In this document: one piece after another, positions 57,574-64,000 of the stretch
How positions within the stretch are numbered: position 1 is the stretch's first letter
Layout of the letters: each line of letters starts with the position of its first letter
NCBI GenBank assembly: GCA_010015585.1
Contig: ML975174.1
Source: Eremomyces bilateralis CBS 781.70
Taxonomy: Eukaryota
Length of the DNA stretch: 64,000 nucleotides
Strand: one strand, 5' to 3'
Made by a program: the position numbers and the translations under genes
Notes under the pieces: model-generated
Told to the model about the DNA's origin: nothing
The model's input: only the letters and a program-made list of their open reading frames with translations
Databases searched by the model: none

Positions 57574-60054
57574 TTAAATCGAGTCTAAAACGCCGAGTAC
57601 GACCCGTTTCGTCGCTACTCCCTTCCCTCGGCTCAATGCGGGACGTTTCGAGGCCTGATTACTATTAATTATTCCTGGCACCTCATTCTCACCATCTTCG
57701 AGAACACCTGATATAGTAGAAGAATAGTCTACGTCTGTAGATATCATCGACCTACCTATAGATGTGAATGACGAGTTCACTGATACTATAGGCATTGATA
57801 GAGTAGGTAGATAAGAAGAACTCGAAGCTGGTACCTCTCTTGCCTGGGCAATGATTCGCTCTAGCGAGGAAGCGTACTCTTCTCGTTCATGCGCGAATAA
57901 TACTCTTCGTTCCTGATCAGGAGTTATCGGAGTCTCTGCTTCGATAGACAATCTTCTCTTCCGACTTCGTTGTTGAGATACTTGCCGTTCGGCGGTGGGA
58001 TGAGCTTGTCTTTCGAATGGTGCTCTTCGTATTAGAACTTGAGCTGCAGCTGTGGTTCCTGGCGTGCAGCCTCCGGGCCAGTTCCTCACGACATAGGACT
58101 TGATTTTATTAAACTCTTCGAACAGCTCATGGGAATGATCTTTCATCCAAGCCGATTTCATAAACTTCTCCAACTCAGCAGCCGAGCGGATGTTCGTATA
58201 CTCTCTGGATATTGATATCCACTCTTCCTTCTGCGCGAGTAACCGTACTGAGAGCTCTGGCTTTACCATCCGATGTGCCGAATTAACAACGTTGTCTCCC
58301 CAGAGGGTCAGGCGGTCATAAAATGCGCGGGATGCCGTTCCAGCCTGGGGCTTGCGAAGACTAGCAGTGGTATCCCATGGGAAAGGCACCGCCCGCGTCA
58401 GATCAGGGTTACAGACGTTACAGCACTCGTGCGGTTGAGGAGCCGGTAACCTAGATGCAGGGTCCGATAGACTCTCTTGTAGCCAATCCATTAGGATTCG
58501 GCGTAGGCATGCGGATCGATTAACAAGATTGAATAGCGCCGGACAGTCATTATATAGGTCTGTTCGGCGTTCTCTCCCCGTTTTGCGTCGGTGCTGCCCT
58601 CCTGGTATATCATACTTAATAGCGTCTACGGCAACATCCGATTCATCATCTGGGATATCACCGCCCACCCCTGGATCGGTGGAGTACGACTGAGCTAACT
58701 GGCTCGTGTCGGAAGGCTGCCTTAAACACGACAGCATCTGAGTTCTGGATTGCAGCGCCGGTCTTGTCGATGAGATCCTGTCACCTATCGCCCAACTTTC
58801 TACCAAGAATATAGCCTCTCCTTTAATGCCAGTCATCCTAGCTGCACGGCCAAAGCGTTGGATAAGGACGCATAAGAGTCGTTCTAGAGGGAAGCCATAC
58901 TGGACAACTCGTATGACATCCGAGAGATCTACCCCCGTTCCCAATGATTCTGTGGCCACCATGATTCGGATCTTAGAGTCCGGTTTAGAAAACTGGTCGT
59001 ATATAGCATTCTTGTCGTTCGGAGTAGTATGTGAATGGTAGACCTGGATAATCTGCTTGCAGTCGTGGGCGTCCACGGACCCAGCTAACAGTTTCTGTAG
59101 CCAATCTCGCAGACATTCCGCACATTTTTGGATATCCCGTCGGGAGTCTATAAAGATTACAGTCTTCGGAATTCGCTCCGGCGTTGGCGAGCCGTTTGTG
59201 ATGGCGTCCTGCAGAACAAAGAAGAGGCTTATGAATCTCTTCGTTGTCCGTGGTTGGATCATCTCGACGATTAACTTAATCTCTGGTCTATCGACGGATG
59301 ATCGGAAGAACTCGCAGCTGGCCTGGAATCCTGTCATTTTTGTCGCAGTGTCTAACGTCGTCCGGTCCAGGGTGGCAGAGCAGCCAAACCAAGGGACACC
59401 TCCCCCTAGCCTTCGGCGTAGAAGAGAGAGTTGTGCATACTGTGGACGGATACCACTTCCCCAGAGGGCCACTAAATGGAGCTCATCTATAGCCACGATA
59501 CAGACACGCTTCTTAAAAGTCGGGCTGCTTGCTATCGATCGAAACCAACCGGCGGCGATCTCTGGGCCCATGATAAGATGAGTATACACTCCCATTTCAA
59601 TCTCTTGGGCTAATTCTTGAGTCTTGTCCGTCCTGCCATTGATAAACACGGATCTCGCGCCCGGAAGCCTTTGGATTTTGATACACTGCTCCTGTCCAAT
59701 TCGATCCAAAGGGATGATAATGAGGCCGATGCCATCGCGGCAAAACAACGGCGCTGCCTGGAATATGACACTTTTGCCAAAAGATGTCTTGGCTGCAAGA
59801 ATAAGGTCCTCCTTCTTGAATACTAAATGCCATATAGCATCTACCTGCTTCTGACGAGGCTCGAATGGGTAGAGATGGCAGTCCAGGCCTGCCCTGATGA
59901 TGCCCTTCTGCACTTCCTCGGGCGCGTCTCTTGCAATTTCGACTAACCGCTGTATAGCCAGCATACTAGTGGTGCTATAGGCATCGTGGACGAGATCTCT
60001 GGCGATGTCCATGGTCTCTCGTCGCCGTTTTCGAACGCTCGCCTTGCTTCGCAT
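57574..60054 (-). CDS. Transposon-encoded RecQ-like SF2 DExH helicase (~826 aa from first ATG)
   Basis: AKTSFGKS, IIPL, GPE, AIDELH, GCSAT, DRPEI, KTVIFI, VATESLGTGVD, IQRFGRAAR, CLRR...ECCNVC. The motifs are collinear with the element 1 helicase. Confidence 0.9.
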   Translation of the reverse strand: MRSKASVRKRRRETMDIARDLVHDAYSTTSMLAIQRLVEIARDAPEEVQKGIIRAGLDCHLYPFEPRQKQVDAIWHLVFKKEDLILAAKTSFGKSVIFQAAPLFCRDGIGLIIIPLDRIGQEQCIKIQRLPGARSVFINGRTDKTQELAQEIEMGVYTHLIMGPEIAAGWFRSIASSPTFKKRVCIVAIDELHLVALWGSGIRPQYAQLSLLRRRLGGGVPWFGCSATLDRTTLDTATKMTGFQASCEFFRSSVDRPEIKLIVEMIQPRTTKRFISLFFVLQDAITNGSPTPERIPKTVIFIDSRRDIQKCAECLRDWLQKLLAGSVDAHDCKQIIQVYHSHTTPNDKNAIYDQFSKPDSKIRIMVATESLGTGVDLSDVIRVVQYGFPLERLLCVLIQRFGRAARMTGIKGEAIFLVESWAIGDRISSTRPALQSRTQMLSCLRQPSDTSQLAQSYSTDPGVGGDIPDDESDVAVDAIKYDIPGGQHRRKTGRERRTDLYNDCPALFNLVNRSACLRRILMDWLQESLSDPASRLPAPQPHECCNVCNPDLTRAVPFPWDTTASLRKPQAGTASRAFYDRLTLWGDNVVNSAHRMVKPELSVRLLAQKEEWISISREYTNIRSAAELEKFMKSAWMKDHSHELFEEFNKIKSYVVRNWPGGCTPGTTAAAQVLIRRAPFERQAHPTAERQVSQQRSRKRRLSIEAETPITPDQERRVLFAHEREEYASSLERIIAQAREVPASSSSYLPTLSMPIVSVNSSFTSIGRSMISTDVDYSSTISGVLEDGENEVPGIINSNQASKRPALSRGKGVATKRVVLGVLDSI

Positions 60055-60416
60055 GGGAAATATGGACACAAAATGTGTTCAATAATAGATATTTGTGTGA
60101 ATACCGACCGAGAAAGGCGTTATATGACATCCAATGGGTGTTTTCCAGGCTCATTCGACCGTAAGCTCCGGAACGATGGCTGGATGGTGATTTCGGTGTG
60201 GTCTAGTTCATCACATATTAGCGTTTTTCACCCGACACAAGCATGGACATGTAAAAAAAAATCAATTACGAGATAGAGCATACTTTAATACACAATCGAT
60301 CAGATTTTGGAGTACATACGACGTGTTTTGATGTGGTTATTAATGGATCGTGATTTTGTCAAATCCGCAGAGATACATACAAACCACATACAAAATTTAT
60401 GCAGAGCAGTGCGCGT

Positions 60417-60524
60417 CATTGACAGAATCCTCAGGCTATTTACCAGAGGAGTAGTTAAAGTAACGTGACCTTTTACAAAAAAGGTTAGACTCCCCTGAGA
60501 AATAGCCTGAGCTTGCTGAGGTAA
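60417..60524. repeat. Element 2 right bipartite TIR
   Basis: Inner block 60417-60441 and outer block 60500-60524, 58 bp apart. Confidence 0.93.
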
Positions 60525-61164
60525 CTGTGAAGCAGGATAGATGCACGTGACCACAGCACGTGAGTCAATGATAATATATGTCACGTGCTGTTACGGACAA
60601 ACATTTATCCGTCCCGTAGCGTTCAGACTGCGCAGCAGAGAACGCAACAACTTGAGTTGCTGCTTAGAGAGACTGAGAGACTGAGGACTGTGAGAGACTG
60701 ACACCACCAACCAACATCTGAACCATCCTTCCAGTCTGTTGTCCATCGTGCAACGCCCGCAGCCATCAATTCCATCCCCGTTTCTCCCTCCCTCACCCCC
60801 ATACACGTCCTTTTTCACGCGTTGATCTCCCCATTCCTTTCCTTAGAGCCCATCGCCCCGTCCCCCCAATTTCCCTCCCACCCTCGTTCCCGCTTCGACC
60901 ATCGCGACTTTCCCCCAACTTGCACGCAGTACCACCCCAACGCCGCATTCCATCTCCGCTCTCTCCCCCGATCATTCCCTATTGCGGAGTATGTCATTCT
61001 GAGCTGCTGGAATTCACTCTCCCTCACCGCGCCAAGACCTCGCGACCCATTTGCCACTGCGACCGCTCTTGCGCATTCTCACCCGTCCTCCGCATACGGT
61101 TGTGGAGTCGATAACGGGGACCACGTGCTTGGGGCATTCACCGCACTGGGCCTGAACGACCATC

Positions 61165-64000
61165 ATGGCGTCAGTTCAACCCGCGCCGGGATTTCCGGCC
61201 GCGTCTCATGGACCTGGGCCCAACACCAAGGAGAAAATCCAGGAGCTGTTCCTTGTATGATCCCCCATCAACGCGCGACGAAGCTTGCTAACGAGGGCAG
61301 AAATACCAACAGATGAAGAGCTCCGGCGTCGCGGAGACGGACCCCGATTTCATCAAGACGCGCAACATGGTCCAAAACATCCAGCGACAGGCCGCGGCGC
61401 AGAAGAAGCGCATGGGCATGGCGCATCAGCAGCAGCAGCAGCAACAGGCGCAGTCCCAACAGCAGAATGGATCGCTCACGAACGGTACCAGCAACGGAGT
61501 CGCGCCTGTTGCCACCTCGACCGCTTCCACCACGAACGACGCATCCGGCGCGTCGAAAACACCCGTTACTCCTCAGAGCGCCACGCAGGGTTCCCTTTTC
61601 CAAGGCGGCGATGACAAGCATCCTGTGCCCAATGCCTATACGCAGGTGTTCACGCCCAAGTCGCTATCGACCCTGCGGTCGCAAGTGGCCGCCTTCCGCC
61701 TGCTGAGTAAAAACCTTCCGGTGCCCGCACAACTACAGCAGACGCTGTTTCCATCCCAGCAAGCCAAGAAGCCGCAAAGTCCGGCGGAGAGCGTGTCAGC
61801 TGCGAAGAAGGTGCTGAGTGCATCGTCCGGGTCGGTAATCAAGGGTGCGGAATCGACCACCGGGTCGGTATCCAAGGATGTGGAATCGACCAACGGCGCA
61901 CGATACCTGGACTTCGAGTCGCCCTATAAACTTTCCGGAAGCGACCCGATCAGCTATTGGGATCACCAATACCGGGACAAACGACCTCTCGTCCCAAGCA
62001 TCATGGGCCCGGGCGTGGACGTGGACCGCCTGGTCGAAGAGCGCGAGAATATTGTCTACAACCGGATCCAGGCGCGGAAATCGGAGTTGGAGAAGCTGGG
62101 TGCGAATATTGGATCCTGGGATTCACACCGATCCGCCACGCCGAAAGACGATGGGAAGTCAAAGCTGAAGGCTCTCATCGAATTCAAGAAGCTCAATCTC
62201 CTGCCTCTGCAACGCAGGCTTCGACAGCAAATCAGCGCGGAGATGCTGCATGCCCACAACCTTGCGATGACGGCCAACCGTGGCATGTGTCGACGAATCA
62301 AGAAACAGTCGTCGCGCGAAGCGCGCATCACCGAGAAGCTCGAGAAGCAGCAACGCGATGCCCGGGAGACCAAGGAGAAGAAGAAGCACAACGACTTCCT
62401 GCGCGCTATCGTCGCGCACGCTGAGGAGGTCCGAGAGAATGCCGCCCGACATCGCGCCCGGACCGTGAAGCTTGGTCAGCTCATGCTGGCGACGCACCAA
62501 AACATCAAGAAGGAAGAGGAGAAGCGCATTGAGCGAACGGCCAAGCAACGTCTGCAGGCGCTCCGGGCCAACGACGAGGAGACGTACCTCAAGTTGCTGG
62601 GTCAAGCCAAGGACAGCCGTATCTCGCATTTGCTCCGACAGACCGACAGTTTCCTCAAACAGCTGGCGGCGTCGGTCAAGCGACAGCAGCGCGGTGCCAA
62701 GGAGGACTACGTGGTGTCCGAAGACGAGGAAGAGGAGAGCGAGCTCTCCGAAACGGAAGATCACGAAGCTCGTGGCCGGCAGATCGACTACTACGAGGTG
62801 GCTCATCGTGTCAAGGAGGATGTCAAGCAACAGTCGGGGAACCTCGTCGGTGGTACGCTCAAGGACTATCAACTTAAGGGTCTGCAGTGGATGATTTCCC
62901 TGTACAACAACAACCTGAACGGGATTTTGGCCGACGAGATGGGTCTGGGGAAGACCATTCAAACCATCAGTCTCATCACGTACCTCATCGAGAAGAAGAA
63001 TCAACCCGGGCCTTTCCTTGTGATCGTGCCGCTAAGGTGAGTCCCCTCTGCCTAACCTTGACGCAAGCTAACCGATTTAGTACCCTTACGAATTGGAATA
63101 ATGAGTTCGAGAAATGGGCACCAAGCGTGCAGCGCATCGTCTACAAGGGCCCCCCTCTCGCTCGAAAACAACAGCAACAGCAAATCCGCTACGGGCAGTT
63201 CCAAGTCCTCCTCACCACCTACGAGTTCATCATCAAGGATCGTCCCATCCTGGCCAAAATCAAGTGGATGCATATGATCGTCGACGAGGGTCATCGCATG
63301 AAGAACGCCAATTCCAAACTCAGCTCCACCATCACGAATTACTACAGCACCAAATACCGCATTATCCTGACCGGGACGCCGTTGCAGAACAACCTCACCG
63401 AACTGTGGGCCATGCTCAACTTCGTCCTCCCGAACATCTTCAAATCCGCTAAATCCTTCGATGACTGGTTCAACACCCCGTTCGCCAACACGGGCGGTCA
63501 GGATCGCATCGAGCTGACCGAGGAAGAGCAGCTGCTCGTCATCCGTCGTCTGCACAAGGTGCTGCGTCCCTTCCTGCTGCGTCGTCTGAAGAAAGACGTC
63601 GAGAAGGACCTGCCGAACAAACAGGAGCGCGTCATCAAGTGCAACTTCTCGGCGCTGCAGGCGAAGCTGTACAAGCAACTGGTCACCCACAACCGGCTCA
63701 TGGTCAGCGATGGGAAGGGCGGGAAAACCGGGGTGCGTGGCTTGAGCAACATGCTGATGCAGCTGCGAAAACTGTGCAATCACCCCTTCGTCTTCGAGGA
63801 GGTCGAGGATCAAGTCAACCCGACGCGTCAGTCAAATGACCTGCTATGGCGCACCGCCGGAAAGTTCGAATTGCTGGATCGGATCCTGCCCAAGTTCCAA
63901 AAAACCGGGCATCGCGTCCTCATGTTCTTCCAGATGACGCAGATCATGAACATCATGGAGGACTTCATGCGGCTTCGCGGATACCAGTATCTCCGCCTGG
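61165..64000 (+). CDS. Snf2-family chromatin-remodelling ATPase (Snf2/Sth1/Snf21-like); runs off the window
   Basis: QLQ-like ([18 protein letters not shown]) and HSA ([29 protein letters not shown]) regions; ATPase motifs [65 protein letters not shown]. Confidence 0.95.

Larger units (their letters stand above)
54509..60524. mobile_element. Element 2: helicase-carrying TIR DNA transposon (AcademH-like), 6016 bp, 8-bp TSD CTGTGAAG
   Basis: CTGTGAAG at 54501-54508 and 60525-60532. Perfect 25-bp TIR TTACCTCAGCAAGCTCAGGCTATTT (54509-54533 / 60500-60524). Second perfect 25-bp inverted block AAATAGCCTGAGGATTCTGTCAATG (54599-54623 / 60417-60441). Convergent transposase-like and RecQ-like genes. 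Confidence 0.95.

Noticed and set aside
33755..60524. One composite transposon or Starship-like element carrying VPS45 through the BAR gene as cargo
   Set aside because: Each element has its own distinct TSD, the outermost flanks do not match, no tyrosine-recombinase captain gene is seen, and most intervening genes are ordinary housekeeping genes.
1..64000. CRISPR arrays, rRNA or tRNA genes
   Set aside because: No repeat-spacer array or recognisable structural RNA was seen by eye in this eukaryotic sequence; small RNAs cannot be excluded without covariance-model searches.

Overview
Fungal genomic window (intron-containing genes, filamentous-ascomycete-like). The backbone is housekeeping genes: PRELI/Ups1-like, DUF3455 secreted protein, Rtr1/RPAP2, Bbc1/Mti1, Dcp1, an OCRL-like inositol 5-phosphatase, Sec12, a CRIB protein, Vps45, a PhyH dioxygenase, a WHIM1/Ioc3-like protein, RPL2, a BAR protein and a Snf2/Sth1 remodeler. 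There is also a disabled ankyrin-like/AAA+ ATPase gene. The main result is two complete, highly diverged DNA transposons of one type, inverted relative to each other: 33755-40412 (6658 bp) and 54509-60524 (6016 bp). Each carries a RecQ-like SF2 helicase and, convergent to it, a DUF6589-like putative DDE transposase, which matches the AcademH organisation. Both end in 5'-TTAYCTCAG...CTGAGRTAA-3' and both sit in an exact 8-bp target-site duplication (TAGCACTG; CTGTGAAG), whereas I recall 9-10 bp for described AcademH families. Each of the four ends is bipartite, with an inverted pair of CTCAG-based 12-mers. The two empty target sites share G-C-W-G-T-G-N3-C-A-G. All family assignments come from reading motifs by eye; no database searches were run.
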